NCBI GenBank assembly: GCA_021734945.1
Contig: JAIPIA010000001.1
Location: 308,415 to 372,414 of the forward strand
Length of the DNA: 64,000 bases
DNA from: Minisyncoccota bacterium
GTDB taxonomy: Bacteria > Patescibacteriota > Minisyncoccia > Phycocordibacterales > CAIZLB01
Direction of reading: 5' to 3'
Position 1 is the first letter of the stretch. Every line of letters begins with the position of its first letter. Shown here in pieces: positions 41,083 to 51,323 of the stretch. A model generated the notes under the pieces. It was not told where the DNA came from and did not search any database. It saw nothing but the letters and a program-made list of their open reading frames with translations. The position numbers and the translations under genes are program-made.

Positions 41083-41094
41083 ACAAACCTAAAA

Positions 41095-42222
41095 ATGACA
41101 AAAACAAAAGATGCAGCGATTCCAGAAGTCTCAAACGACGAACTAGAACTCGCACCAAAAAATGATAGTTACATGGGGAAACTACTCATTGATACAGCTA
41201 ATCCCCCAAGTGTTGGTGACCTTGTTGAAGGTTCTGTTATCGCTATTGATAAGAAAGGTGTATTCATCGATCTTAAACCATACGGAACAGGTATCATCTT
41301 CGGACGAGAGTATGTTAACGCTCGAGATATTATTCGAAAGGTAAATGTTGGAGACAGTATTGCAGCGAAAGTTGTTGATATGAACAATGAAGACGGTTAC
41401 GTCGAATTGTCACTCAAAGAAGCTAAGCAAGCTCTCACATGGAGTGAAGCTGAAGCAGCTATCAAAGCTAAAACTGTATTTGATATCCCAGTACTTGAAG
41501 CAAACAAAGGAGGTCTTCTCCTTACATGGAACGGTATTCACGGATTCCTTCCTGCTTCACAGCTCAAGGCTGATCACTACCCACGTGTAGCTGATGGTGA
41601 CAAGGATCGAATTCTCGAAGAGCTTAAGAAGTTCGTAGGAACAAAGCTTTCTGTAACTATCATCGGAGCTTCTCCAAAAGAAGGTAAGCTTATCTTCTCT
41701 GAAAAGAACCCTGAAACTAAGGACAAAGAGCGAATCATCGGTAAGTACGCTATCAACGATGAAGCTGAAGGAACAGTTACTGGAGTTGTAGACTTCGGTG
41801 TGTTCATCAAGCTCGAAGAAGGTCTCGAAGGACTCGTTCACATCTCAGAAATCAACTGGGCACTCGTTGAAGATCCACGAGCTCTCTACAAAGTTGGAGA
41901 CAAAGTTAAGGTTAAAGTTATCGAAATCAAAGACGGAAAAATCTCTCTTTCTATCAAAGCTCTCCAGCCAAACCCTTGGAAAGAAGCTGAGAAGAAGTAC
42001 AAGAAAGATGACATCGTTTCAGGTGTTGTTATCAAATTCAACAAACACGGTGCGCTTGCTTCAATCGAAGAAGGTGTTGCTGGACTCGTTCACGTTTCTG
42101 AATTCGGTAGTGATATCAAGCTCAAAGAAAAACTAGAGCTCGGTAAAATCTACACATTCAAGATCAATCTCTTTGACGCTAAGGAGCAGAAGATGGCTTT
42201 GAGTTTTGTGGATAAGAAGTAA
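41095..42222 (+). CDS. rpsA: 30S ribosomal protein S1 (four S1 domains)
   Basis: NKGGL, GFLPASQL, DFGVF..LEGLVHISEI, GLVHVSE; highly biased codon usage. Confidence 0.93.
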   Translation: MTKTKDAAIPEVSNDELELAPKNDSYMGKLLIDTANPPSVGDLVEGSVIAIDKKGVFIDLKPYGTGIIFGREYVNARDIIRKVNVGDSIAAKVVDMNNEDGYVELSLKEAKQALTWSEAEAAIKAKTVFDIPVLEANKGGLLLTWNGIHGFLPASQLKADHYPRVADGDKDRILEELKKFVGTKLSVTIIGASPKEGKLIFSEKNPETKDKERIIGKYAINDEAEGTVTGVVDFGVFIKLEEGLEGLVHISEINWALVEDPRALYKVGDKVKVKVIEIKDGKISLSIKALQPNPWKEAEKKYKKDDIVSGVVIKFNKHGALASIEEGVAGLVHVSEFGSDIKLKEKLELGKIYTFKINLFDAKEQKMALSFVDKK

Positions 42223-42437
42223 ATAAGTAAAACCTAAAAATAGCCCTGTATCCGGGATTACATCCATGCGATTTCGCGAAATCGTGCCGCGCCACCGTCC
42301 TTACGGCGCGGCCTTTTTTGTTTTTAATTTGCTCGCTCCTTAATGTTAGAGACATTTATCTGACTGTTTTTAAGGGTTAATTATGAAGAAAATAAATGCC
42401 AAAATAGCCTTAAATATAGGCGTTTTGGTGGTATAGC

Positions 42438-42465
42438 TTGACATACCTAGGTATAGTGGTAAAAT
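42438..42465 (+). promoter_or_regulatory. Putative sigma70 promoter
   Basis: TTGACA-N16-TAAAAT with TG extension. Confidence 0.55.
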
Positions 42466-42635
42466 TGTATTCGTAGAGTTCTTTATAGAGTAGTGACGGG
42501 ATTAGTAAGACTTGTTGAAGTGAACACAAAGTGGTTCATATTATATGGACCTTTCTGTGTTCACTTCAACTCGTCTGACGAGTGTGTAAGTGGCGAAACA
42601 ACAACGCAACTAACAACATACAGAGGATAATCACC

Positions 42636-42779
42636 ATGTCACGCAACGCACCCAGTCCAAGCCAGGACAGCACCACAGACGTTCCTCGCGATCCACATCG
42701 CATTGAACCAGCAGATCGCAAATACGATCCTCGCCCACTCACCGACCGTGCTGGTCCATGGGATGAGAATGATGGCTAG
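42636..42779 (+). CDS. Small orphan D/P/R-rich peptide (47 aa)
   Basis: AGAGGA before ATG; preceded by a long hairpin and followed by a terminator. Confidence 0.45.
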   Translation: MSRNAPSPSQDSTTDVPRDPHRIEPADRKYDPRPLTDRAGPWDENDG

Positions 42780-42964
42780 GCCCGCCCTCAAAGCCCCGCC
42801 CCCTCCGACTCCGCAAGATATTTATCCAAAATCTTGCAGGGTCCGGAGAGGGGCTTTTGTTTTGGAAAAAAAGTGATATATTAAAAATCCTTGCGTTTAG
42901 CAATGTGTAATTAATTTAGAATTATTTTAATTATAGACTGCTAAACACAACAATTAGATCTTTT

Positions 42965-43162
42965 ATGTCAAACACAATAAACACAGTTCACCCTGCGGAT
43001 GGAGATTTTATGATGACTTTTGAGCAAGCTCAAAGCATGGCGTTCGACGGGATTCCGAACAGCGATGACGATCAAGACTTCTATCGCAGTGGAGACTCGT
43101 ACGAAAACCCAGCAAACTACGGCGATTCGTTCAAATCGCGGCGTCCTACAGTGAAGGATTAA
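42965..43162 (+). CDS. Small acidic orphan protein (65 aa)
   Basis: Preceded by a hairpin; followed by GTCGACCGG...CCGGTCGAC-T terminator. Confidence 0.5.
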   Translation: MSNTINTVHPADGDFMMTFEQAQSMAFDGIPNSDDDQDFYRSGDSYENPANYGDSFKSRRPTVKD

Positions 43163-43210
43163 ATTCACCACGTCGACCGGCCCCAATCTTGGGTGTCCGG
43201 TCGACTTTTT

Positions 43211-43846
43211 TTATGAATTAAATTGACTCATCGCCTTCTCCCTTCCCTCCTTTATCAGGACATACAAAGCCTCAGCGCCACTTTTTATTACATCTTTTAT
43301 TTCATCCATCTCAGCAGGCTTAAACGGTCCCACAATAAAATCGAGCAACTTATCACCTGTTGGTTTTTTCGGTTTACCTGTTGGAGTTGTTGGACACACA
43401 CCAACTTTGAGACGTGTGAATGCTTCTGTCTTGATTGTTCTTACGATTGATTCTAGACCTTTATGCCCTCCTGAACCACGATTAAAAAGAATCTTTCCGC
43501 GACCGATAGAGAGATCGAGATCGTCATGAACAACGATAAGTTTTTCTGCTTTTTTTACACTTGTTACAAGAGTCTCAAGTGACTTCCCAGACTTATTCAT
43601 AAAAGTATCAGGTAATAGAAGCATTACTTTTTCGCCATTTACTTCACCTGTAACATATTGAGAGTTGTATTTTTTATTAAATGAAAATTCATCAAAGCCA
43701 GTTTGTTTTGCTGCTTTTTTTGTATCTCGCTTTTCAGCTATTTTTTCTGCATTTTTTGCAAAATATTCAACAAGCATTCGCCCCACATTGTGACGAGTGT
43801 TCTTATATTCTTCACCAGGGTTTCCGAGTCCGACGATTATGTACAT
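43211..43846 (-). CDS. pth: Peptidyl-tRNA hydrolase
   Basis: VGLGNPG, TRHNVG, FMNKSG, VHDDLD, GGHKGL. Confidence 0.96.
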   Translation of the reverse strand: MYIIVGLGNPGEEYKNTRHNVGRMLVEYFAKNAEKIAEKRDTKKAAKQTGFDEFSFNKKYNSQYVTGEVNGEKVMLLLPDTFMNKSGKSLETLVTSVKKAEKLIVVHDDLDLSIGRGKILFNRGSGGHKGLESIVRTIKTEAFTRLKVGVCPTTPTGKPKKPTGDKLLDFIVGPFKPAEMDEIKDVIKSGAEALYVLIKEGREKAMSQFNS

Positions 43847-43914
43847 AGTGAAATAATATTAGCATTATTAATTATTTTGGAATAGTCGCACATTTATAGT
43901 ATTATATTCGAATC

Positions 43915-44643
43915 ATGAATGATGAAAATAATTCTTTGGGACAGGTTTCTGGACAACCTTCAATGCAAGACAACCTTAATGACACTATTTTAGAGGCAAG
44001 TGAAGTACCAACAGGGACACCTCTTACATTGGAAAAATACGAAACTGAAATATATGACGTCGATGGAGAGCTTAATCCAGTAGCGCCACAGAATACTCAA
44101 AACCATCACAAAGATGGTATCTCTTGGAAATTTATTTTTTTCATTATCATTATTCTTCTACCCATTCGGCTTTTCGTAGCTGAACCATTTTTAGTATATG
44201 GCAGTTCAATGGAACCAAACTTTGATACAGGAGACTATCTTATTGTTGATGAACTTTCATACAGAGTCTCAAATCCAAAACGTGGTGATGTTGTTGTCCT
44301 ACGCCCACCGACAGACGAAACTAAGCATTTCATCAAAAGAATAGTCGGTCTACCAAATGAGACGATTGATGTTAAAGGAGATCAAGTAACTATCTACAAT
44401 GCAGCGAACCCAAATGGTCTACTTTTAAAAGAGCCATATCTTAAGTTTCACAGCGACAAAGAGGCTCACTTTGATCTCAAAGACAACGAGTATTTTGTTA
44501 TGGGTGACAACAGAACAGTGAGTTACGACTCTCGAAGTTGGGGTCCATTGACAAGAGACCACATTACTGGCAAAGCTTTCTTACGTTTGTATCCTTTCAA
44601 TTCTATTAGTATACTTCCCGGCGACAGTTCAAAATTCAAGTAG
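43915..44643 (+). CDS. lepB: Signal peptidase I
   Basis: GSSMEP, RGDVVV, FIKRIVGLP, GDNR..SYDSRSWG. Confidence 0.95.
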   Translation: MNDENNSLGQVSGQPSMQDNLNDTILEASEVPTGTPLTLEKYETEIYDVDGELNPVAPQNTQNHHKDGISWKFIFFIIIILLPIRLFVAEPFLVYGSSMEPNFDTGDYLIVDELSYRVSNPKRGDVVVLRPPTDETKHFIKRIVGLPNETIDVKGDQVTIYNAANPNGLLLKEPYLKFHSDKEAHFDLKDNEYFVMGDNRTVSYDSRSWGPLTRDHITGKAFLRLYPFNSISILPGDSSKFK

Positions 44644-44740
44644 ACCCCTCCTACACAACTTAGGCAAATTTAGAGGATAAAAGTACATAAAACTGAGGCA
44701 AAACAGAAAAATACGTTGCAAAATAACAATTAAACAACAC

Positions 44741-46015
44741 ATGAAAGAAGCAAAGAAAATACAACCTGTCCACATTCACAAAGGTCACATAAAGGCAGAA
44801 TCTACAGCAAAACACTATGGATTTAACCATTTTGGACAGATAAAGGTAGAAAGACAGGATATCGCTAAGGCTAAAAATTTCAAAGATAGTAAGAAGAACT
44901 CTTTCAACGACAAGGACTCTATTTTGAGTTTTGACAATCTTCTTGAGGAAAAAATCGCCCTTGTTCGTGCGTATTTGGATAAACAGATGAATGACATGAG
45001 TCAGCCGCCTATGGTGTACTTTAGTGGACCACTTGAAGGTAATCCTCACACTCATGAAGGTGACAAAAAAGGTGAAAAAACTAAACTTAAGACATTCAAT
45101 TTTGATATCTTAGGAAATTCAAAAAGTATTGCTGATGCTATCGTTATTGAAACAGCTTTTATTATTCTCAAAGAACATCTTGATGACAAAGATGCTGAAC
45201 TCTCGATTGAAATTAACTCTATAGGCGACAAAGATTCATTTGCACGATTCAACAAAGAATTTAGTGGATTTTGTAAAAAGAGATTAACAGAACTTCCAAC
45301 TGAATGGAAAAATGCTTTTAAGAAAGATCCTCTGTCTCTTTTCAAATGTACAGATGAAGCATGTAGTATTCTTCTTGATGAGGCTCCAAAACCTATGAGT
45401 TATCTTTCAGAACAGAGTAGAGACCATTTTCGTGAAGTACTTGAGTACATCGAATCCCTTTCGCTTCCCTACACCATCAATCATTCTTTGATCGGTAGTA
45501 AACACTATTCTTCTGGAACAATTTTCCAAATTGTAAAAATTACTTGCGAAACAACAAAACTCGGCAAGAAGATAGAAAAGCGAGAAGTTTTGGCTATAGG
45601 AGAAAGATATAATACGGTTTCAAAAAAGGCTTGGGGCAAAAAGGAAATTCCTGCAATAGGTGCAACTCTTTTAGTTAATGAAAAAGCTCTCAAAAATATG
45701 AAGGAGTCAGCTAAGCATCCTAAACAGCAAGAAGCTCGATTCTACTTTATTCAACTTGGATATGATGCAAAACTCAAGAGTCTCACAATCATCGAGATGC
45801 TACGTATTGCCAACATTCCTGTCCACCAATCACTCTCGCGTGACAAGATCACGAGTCAGCTAGCCGCTGCAGAAAAGATGGGTGTGCCTTACATTCTAAT
45901 TCTCGGGCAAAAAGAAGCTATCGAAGGAAGTGTGACTATTCGTCACATGCATACACGCGTACAGGAAACAGTACTCGTACATCAGTTGGTTGAGTATCTT
46001 AAAAAACTCAAGTAA
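44741..46015 (+). CDS. Degenerate histidyl-tRNA synthetase paralog
   Basis: HisRS architecture and intact anticodon-binding domain, but motif 2, RGLDYY and GGRY are replaced. Confidence 0.7.
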   Translation: MKEAKKIQPVHIHKGHIKAESTAKHYGFNHFGQIKVERQDIAKAKNFKDSKKNSFNDKDSILSFDNLLEEKIALVRAYLDKQMNDMSQPPMVYFSGPLEGNPHTHEGDKKGEKTKLKTFNFDILGNSKSIADAIVIETAFIILKEHLDDKDAELSIEINSIGDKDSFARFNKEFSGFCKKRLTELPTEWKNAFKKDPLSLFKCTDEACSILLDEAPKPMSYLSEQSRDHFREVLEYIESLSLPYTINHSLIGSKHYSSGTIFQIVKITCETTKLGKKIEKREVLAIGERYNTVSKKAWGKKEIPAIGATLLVNEKALKNMKESAKHPKQQEARFYFIQLGYDAKLKSLTIIEMLRIANIPVHQSLSRDKITSQLAAAEKMGVPYILILGQKEAIEGSVTIRHMHTRVQETVLVHQLVEYLKKLK

Positions 46016-46140
46016 AGAGATCACTCAGATTTAAAGTATGTTTTGAAATATTTAAAAAGACGAAAACCTCGTGCGCCTGAGTACAAATGAGTACAGAGAG
46101 CGGACGAGGTTTTTGAGTTTTGATACTTGTCACAGAAATA

Positions 46141-46788
46141 TCAAAACCAAGGTGATTGAGGAAAGTGGACACTTGCCATACGAGACCGGAGGATCAGAGT
46201 TCTGCCGACTGGAATATGAGTGATGTTTTCATCCTTTTTATCCAGCATAACAATCCACTTTCCGTTTCCAACACTCGGCGACGAAGCAAGACAACGACCG
46301 AGACAACCGTCATTACGCATGACAGGAATCACGTTTTCACCACCCAACAGAGCAAAAGGTTGATTTGTGTCCCTTTTGATAGGATTCAACCTACTCAAAA
46401 GAGCAATGAGAACGTGCCGAGGAAGAGCATTCTCGTGACTAACACAGTCATTGAAAACACTGATTGGAATCGGCTTATTCACAAGCCTCTTCTTGATAAT
46501 CAACTGATCAAGCACCCGCTCAGGACGTTGATGAGAAAAAGCATCAATGGCGATTTTTGACAAAGTAGAATTGCCAATGGATTCGCTCATCTTCTGCGTA
46601 GCAAGCCCGTCGTCCATGGAGAAAAACATCGGATCTTCGCTGAGATAGGAACCTGCTGGGAGCAAGCCCTCTTCACAGAGAAGCTCAAATGGATTCAACA
46701 TGAAAGTCTGAGTGACGATTGTTGGATGAAGGAAACGCTCAAGTTCTGAGAAACTTCCTCTGTTGTTGTGTAAAAGTTCAATTGGCAT
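46141..46788 (-). CDS. Orphan hypothetical protein
   Basis: 215-aa ORF with upstream hairpin and TGA stop. Confidence 0.6.
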   Translation of the reverse strand: MPIELLHNNRGSFSELERFLHPTIVTQTFMLNPFELLCEEGLLPAGSYLSEDPMFFSMDDGLATQKMSESIGNSTLSKIAIDAFSHQRPERVLDQLIIKKRLVNKPIPISVFNDCVSHENALPRHVLIALLSRLNPIKRDTNQPFALLGGENVIPVMRNDGCLGRCLASSPSVGNGKWIVMLDKKDENITHIPVGRTLILRSRMASVHFPQSPWF

Positions 46789-46978
46789 GGGTATTAATAA
46801 GGGTAACTGAGGTTATCTGAATTTGAATTCGATTTGTACACACCAGAAGTGATATGCAGGAATCGAATCCATGCGGGATTGCGGGGTTTGACAGAGAGAC
46901 GGAACGCCTTTCTAATGTAGAACGGTATCACAAAACACCGTTGCACTCAATGACTCTGCATGATATAGTGGTGCGCAT

Positions 46979-47218
46979 ATGATAAATGTCAATATAGAGA
47001 AAAACGCAACTGAAAGCGCAGCTTCAGTTCTCCGACGATTCACAAAAAAGGTTCAGGAATCAGGTGTTCTTAACCGAGTACGATCTATCAAGTACTCAGC
47101 AAGAAACCTCTCAGATTACAAGAAAAAGAAGGGTGCACTCGAAAAGCTCCGACGAGGAAAGGAACGAGAAACACTTCTCAAACTCGGTAAACTTGTAGAA
47201 ACAAAGAAGCGACGATAA
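46979..47218 (+). CDS. rpsU: 30S ribosomal protein S21
   Basis: ESAASVLRRFTKKVQESGVL, basic C-terminus. Confidence 0.8.
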   Translation: MINVNIEKNATESAASVLRRFTKKVQESGVLNRVRSIKYSARNLSDYKKKKGALEKLRRGKERETLLKLGKLVETKKRR

Positions 47219-47305
47219 TCTACAGTTAACCCAGCTTCGGTTCCCTTCCAAAGATTTCCGAGGCTAAAACTTCACTAAAACATACTACGTGGCACACATA
47301 TATAC

Positions 47306-47695
47306 ATGACAAACACATTCTATATATCATCCACAACGAAGACAGCACCGCGTGTAAACGAGGTGCTTTTTCGTCGCATAAAGGATGAGGTACTTGGATC
47401 CAACTACGAACTTGATTTGATGTTTATCGGGCGAACTCGCGCAAAAACTCTCAATTTTAAATTTCGGCAAAAAGATTATGCAACTGATATTTTGAGTTTT
47501 CCTATTGATAAAAGTATGGGAGAAATTTATATGTATCCTGCAAAAGTAAAATCAAAAGCGAAAGAATTTGAAAGAACATACGAAAATTATTTAGTGTTTT
47601 TACTTATCCACGGGTTGTTCCATTTGAAAGGATTCGATCATGGTAGTAGAATGGAGAGTGAAGAAGCACGAGTTCGCGCTTTATTCAAAATTTAA
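47306..47695 (+). CDS. ybeY: rRNA maturation endoribonuclease YbeY
   Basis: FRQKDYATDILSFP, IHGLFHLKGFDH. Confidence 0.93.
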   Translation: MTNTFYISSTTKTAPRVNEVLFRRIKDEVLGSNYELDLMFIGRTRAKTLNFKFRQKDYATDILSFPIDKSMGEIYMYPAKVKSKAKEFERTYENYLVFLLIHGLFHLKGFDHGSRMESEEARVRALFKI

Positions 47696-47798
47696 TAATT
47701 AATAATAGAAAAAAGTCGCGCCAACCGGTCGTGTCCAAGAGGACTCGACACGACATGATTCGCAGAATCAGTTGCGCGACATGATTTCGCAAAATCAA

Positions 47799-49010
47799 AT
47801 GGCAAAAGGTCGGAATATCGCAGTCGGCATTGACGTAGGAACACATCAGGTTAAAGTCATTGTCGCTGAAAAGGATTCACAAAAAAGTCCCGAGTTTGAG
47901 AGAGATTCTCTTCCTCGTATTATTGGTAGCGGGATTTCTGAATCAAGAGGTATTCGACACGGTTTTGTTACAAATTTGAATGACGCAGCAAAGAGCATCA
48001 GGTACGCAGTAAGTATTGCGGAAAAATCAGCTGGTATTTCTATAAAGAAAGCTTACATATCTATTGGCGGTGTCGGACTCAGTGCTATTATCTCTGTTGG
48101 TACAGTAGTAGTTACAAAAGCAGACAATGAGATTACAGATCTCGATGTTAAACGTGCCATCGAAGAAAGTGAAAAAGAACTTCCAAACGCGTACATTCAA
48201 AATAGAAAGATTATTCATACTATTCCACTTGAGTACCGTATTGACGGCAAACGCGTACTTGGACGTCCACAAGGACTCAAAGGTGTAAAGCTCGAAGCTC
48301 GAGTGCTCTATATCACATCACTCGCCCACCATTTAAGTGACATTATGCTCGCTCTCGAAGAAGCTGACATTGAAATTATCGATGTTACTGCTTCACCTAT
48401 GGCGGCCAGTCTTGTTACTCTCACAAAGACTCAAAAGATTGCAGGTTGTGTGCTTGCAAATATTGGTGCAGAGACAACATCTATCATGGTGTTTGAAAAT
48501 AATATTCCAGTGTCAATGGAAATTTTCCAAATTGGTTCAAATGATATTACAAATGACCTCGCACTCGGTCTAAAAGTTTCTATAGAAGACGCTGAGCTTA
48601 TTAAACTTGGACAAGGTAAACATGGAGAATTTTCCAAAAGAAAAATAGAAGAAATTGTTGTTGCTCGTCTTTCAGATATTTTTGATTTAATAGAAGATCA
48701 CTTGCGAAAAATTGATCGAAGCGGATTACTTCCTGCAGGTATTATTTTAACTGGTGGTGGATCTGGTATCCCAAATATTGAAGAGTTGTCTCGAATTGCA
48801 CTTCGACTTCCATCAAAACAATCTAGATTGAAGCTTGAAGGAAATACAAAAACAATGTTCCGTGATTTTGAATGGTCAGTCGCCTACGGCCTTGTTATTC
48901 TTGGACTTACAAATGATGATGACGATAGTATCGACATGGGTCTTGGACGCCGATGGCTCAATAAAACTCGGCAAAGCCTCTGGACTTGGATAAAACAGTT
49001 CTTACCTTAA
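47799..49010 (+). CDS. ftsA: Cell division protein FtsA
   Basis: GIDVGT, SRGIRHG, NIGAETT, GIILTGGGS; upstream of ftsZ; ATG at 47799 chosen. Confidence 0.95.
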   Translation: MAKGRNIAVGIDVGTHQVKVIVAEKDSQKSPEFERDSLPRIIGSGISESRGIRHGFVTNLNDAAKSIRYAVSIAEKSAGISIKKAYISIGGVGLSAIISVGTVVVTKADNEITDLDVKRAIEESEKELPNAYIQNRKIIHTIPLEYRIDGKRVLGRPQGLKGVKLEARVLYITSLAHHLSDIMLALEEADIEIIDVTASPMAASLVTLTKTQKIAGCVLANIGAETTSIMVFENNIPVSMEIFQIGSNDITNDLALGLKVSIEDAELIKLGQGKHGEFSKRKIEEIVVARLSDIFDLIEDHLRKIDRSGLLPAGIILTGGGSGIPNIEELSRIALRLPSKQSRLKLEGNTKTMFRDFEWSVAYGLVILGLTNDDDDSIDMGLGRRWLNKTRQSLWTWIKQFLP

Positions 49011-49207
49011 TTTATCCTTTATATACGCCATAATTTAGATATCCTGTCGCCTGTTCTATTTTCTCATTTGTGATATTATTACTCCATATTAACCGGGGAC
49101 TTGTGTTCAGGGTTCTGTAAATTATTGTTCGTGTGTAAATACGAACAAACTTACACAATCATGCTTCACACTCTTTAGAATATTTTTATATAAAATTTAC
49201 CAATACC

Positions 49208-50524
49208 ATGCCTCAAGTAAAATCAGACGTAGAAACATTTGCACGAATAAAAGTAGTTGGTGTGGGAGGTTCAGGAAAGAACGCCACTAACCACATGATC
49301 AACGCTAAAGTAAAGAGCGTAGATTTTCTCGTCGTAAACACAGACGCACAGGACCTTCACAACTCTCTCTCAAAAAAGAAAATCCATATTGGAAAAAACC
49401 TCACAAAAGGTCTCGGTGCTGGAATGAATCCAGAAGTTGGAAAGCGAGCAGCTGAAGAAACAAAAGAAGAAATTCAGGAAGCTCTCAAAAACTCTGACAT
49501 GGTATTCGTAGCTGGAGGACTTGGAGGTGGTACATGTACTGGAGCAGGACCTGTTGTCGCAAAGATTGCCCGAGAAATGGGTTCTCTTACAATTGGTGTA
49601 GTTACAAAACCTTTCTCATTCGAAGGACAAAACCGAATGCGACTTGCTGAACAAGGTCTCGATGACTTGAGTAATGCTGTAGATGCACTCGTAGTCATTC
49701 CAAATGACAAACTACTTGCAGCTGTTGGAAAAGATACTACAGCTAAGCAAGCCTTTGCTATGTGTGATGAAGTACTTCGACAAGCAGTAGAAGGTATCTC
49801 AGACCTTATTACAATGCCAGGTACTGTTGGTAACATTGACTTCGCTGACATCCGAGCAGTTCTCGAAGATGCTGGTTCTGCACTTATGGGTATTGGTACA
49901 GCTTCTGGTGAAAAGCGAGCTGAGGAAGCTGCAAAAGCAGCTATTAGTTCTCCACTTATCGATATCTCTATTCATGGAGCAAAAGGAGTTCTTTTCTCTA
50001 TTGCTGCAGGTGATGATCTTACTATGTGGGAAATTCAGGAAGCTGCAAAAATCATTACAGACTCTGTTGATCCAAATGCCAAGATTATCTTCGGTACAGT
50101 AAAAGACGAGAAGCTCAAGAAGAACGAAATCAAGATTACAGTTATTGCAGCAAACTTCCCTGACTCACACAATGTTCGAAAAATGTTTTTCAATAGTGAT
50201 AATGCAAACGGACCACGGTCTACTTCAAACTCACAGTCTGGAGGGCAATCACAAACAGGCTCAAATTCTCAAAACCTAAATGGTGGTAATTCAGACGATG
50301 ATCGAGAAGAAGTACAGATTTCAGAACCAAAGAAAGGTATTTTCAATTCATTCGGAGGTGGAACACCTGCTCCTGCTCAACCAGCAGTATCTACACAAGC
50401 AGCTCCTACACCGATTGCACCAGTGCAAGAAAAGAAGATAGAGGCTACACCTATCCAGACAACTAACGATGACGATGATTGGGGTGCAGTTCCTGCGTTT
50501 TTACGACGATCAAAACTCAAGTAA
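49208..50524 (+). CDS. ftsZ: Cell division protein FtsZ
   Basis: VGVGGSG, GLGGGTCTG tubulin motif, NIDFAD, C-terminal VPAFLRR. Confidence 0.97.
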   Translation: MPQVKSDVETFARIKVVGVGGSGKNATNHMINAKVKSVDFLVVNTDAQDLHNSLSKKKIHIGKNLTKGLGAGMNPEVGKRAAEETKEEIQEALKNSDMVFVAGGLGGGTCTGAGPVVAKIAREMGSLTIGVVTKPFSFEGQNRMRLAEQGLDDLSNAVDALVVIPNDKLLAAVGKDTTAKQAFAMCDEVLRQAVEGISDLITMPGTVGNIDFADIRAVLEDAGSALMGIGTASGEKRAEEAAKAAISSPLIDISIHGAKGVLFSIAAGDDLTMWEIQEAAKIITDSVDPNAKIIFGTVKDEKLKKNEIKITVIAANFPDSHNVRKMFFNSDNANGPRSTSNSQSGGQSQTGSNSQNLNGGNSDDDREEVQISEPKKGIFNSFGGGTPAPAQPAVSTQAAPTPIAPVQEKKIEATPIQTTNDDDDWGAVPAFLRRSKLK

Positions 50525-50698
50525 AAATTCACTCAAAACAAACAAAACACCTTGTATCCAGGATTGCATCCATACAGGGTGTTTTGTTTTTCTTTGTTCA
50601 CTAAAAAATAAAAAACTCAGCCCCGACGCGTTCAACGCATCGGGGCTGTTTTATTGTTGAAGATTCTGTTTGAAGATATCACCTTACTTGTTGGTCGA

Positions 50699-51181
50699 TT
50701 ACCGGAAAATTCGCTGGCCAACTTTGACTGCGAAATTGGCCAGCTTAATGACGATCAAGTAAGAGACTGCAAACGAAAAAATCGTATTGACCCATGGTAA
50801 CAACGTTGTTGTACGCCCAATGACAATGTCATTGATCTTGAGGTTGCTAAGCACCCCCTCGAGAGCTTGGTAAATCTGAGGTTCATAGCTGTTCAGGACG
50901 ACGTTGAGGCCGATGGACATATGGAACCAGAGAAACCCGACGACAATCAGGAGAAGTACGGTACGGATAATATTGACCATCATCTCCGCGAGAAGATTCA
51001 ATTTCACCATGAACCAGCGGAACTTCCGGTATGCACTGCCAAACAATGCATTGAGGAACTCCCAATTAAGGAGGTTATGGCCACTCTTGGTGGTTTCGAC
51101 GGGTGTTTCGGTAACAGTAGGATTAGCGGATTCAGATTGCATAGCAGTGATTGACTGATTGTTGAACTGTTTTGGTTTCAC
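50699..51181 (-). CDS. Orphan membrane protein
   Basis: Two hydrophobic segments; convergent on the ftsZ terminators. Confidence 0.55.
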   Translation of the reverse strand: MKPKQFNNQSITAMQSESANPTVTETPVETTKSGHNLLNWEFLNALFGSAYRKFRWFMVKLNLLAEMMVNIIRTVLLLIVVGFLWFHMSIGLNVVLNSYEPQIYQALEGVLSNLKINDIVIGRTTTLLPWVNTIFSFAVSYLIVIKLANFAVKVGQRIFR

Positions 51182-51323
51182 TAGACTTCAAAGAACTAGA
51201 CTTTCGCCCAGAACCCTTGAAGAGATTACTAGGTGAATTGTGTATATAATAGCACAATATTAGGTATTAGTCAATATTTATTAAATGGTGGTATTTCTAC
51301 ATTTTCATATATAATAACCCCAT

